64,000 nucleotides of DNA from NCBI GenBank assembly GCA_032128115.1, contig JAQBHB010000098.1:32001-96000 (forward strand), written 5' to 3'. The notes beneath the pieces were generated by a model. It was not told the origin of the DNA and searched no databases. It saw only the letters and a program-made list of their open reading frames with translations. A program made the translations under genes and the position numbers. The stretch is from Deltaproteobacteria bacterium. Lineage in GTDB: Bacteria; Myxococcota_A; UBA9160; SMWR01. Positions 63,734 to 64,000 of this stretch are shown in pieces (position 1 is the stretch's first letter; every line of letters starts with the position of its first letter).

Positions 63734-64000
63734 ATGAATTGCAACGGCTGGCGGCGCCGGCGCTCGCGTTCCAAGACCCTGATCGGGGTCGCCGGGGTCG
63801 CGCTCACACTGCTCGCGTGCCACGCCTCGGGCGATGAGCGCCCGAGCTTCCTCGTGGTGAATCTCGACGACACGCGCTTCGACGGCATCGATCAGATGCC
63901 GGAGTTGAGGCGCAGGGTCCTCGATCGGGGCGTGGGGTTCGAAAACGCCTTCGCCCCTTCCCCCACCTGCTGTCCGAGCCGCGTCTCATTGTTCACGGGC
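63734..64000 (+). CDS. Sulfatase (3'-partial)
   Basis: Translated by hand, as it is absent from the ORF track (no stop): MNCNG...LLAC...RPSFLVVNLDD...SPTCCPSRVSLFTG, a canonical CxPxR motif. Confidence 0.88.
   Translation, partial: MNCNGWRRRRSRSKTLIGVAGVALTLLACHASGDERPSFLVVNLDDTRFDGIDQMPELRRRVLDRGVGFENAFAPSPTCCPSRVSLFTG

Overview
A GC-rich bacterial chromosomal segment, very densely coding (about 48 genes, many joined by ATGA/GTGA/TTGA overlaps). The gene content suggests a Myxococcota/deltaproteobacterial-type genome, but that is inference. In order, the window holds: (1) addB/addA-like helicase-nuclease genes running straight into a TPP-dependent acetolactate-synthase-like gene; (2) a bacterial tungsten aldehyde oxidoreductase cluster (Fe-S subunit, AOR, FAD subunit, two MoaD/ThiS sulfur carriers), a CotH kinase plus a CotH-like/beta-helix partner, an aldehyde dehydrogenase and asnS; (3) a ~25 kb surface-glycan region with several GT-C-like membrane proteins, WecG/TagA, an epimerase, GDP-fucose synthase, GT2/GT4 enzymes and a WcaJ-type priming transferase; (4) esterase, GMC oxidoreductase, GST, aldo-keto reductase, peptidase and SCO genes; (5) a thiO-like glycine oxidase interrupted by an in-frame TAG, whose 3' end forms a 204-bp direct repeat around a ~6 kb, visibly lower-GC island; and (6) two divergent sulfatase-family genes. 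The island carries wzm, wzt, a methyltransferase and an unusual GT2-acetyltransferase-KpsS/GT107 fusion, but no integrase. No rRNA, tRNA, CRISPR array or transposase was recognised. Several short tandem or gene-end duplications occur, and two of them share a 23-nt junction motif.
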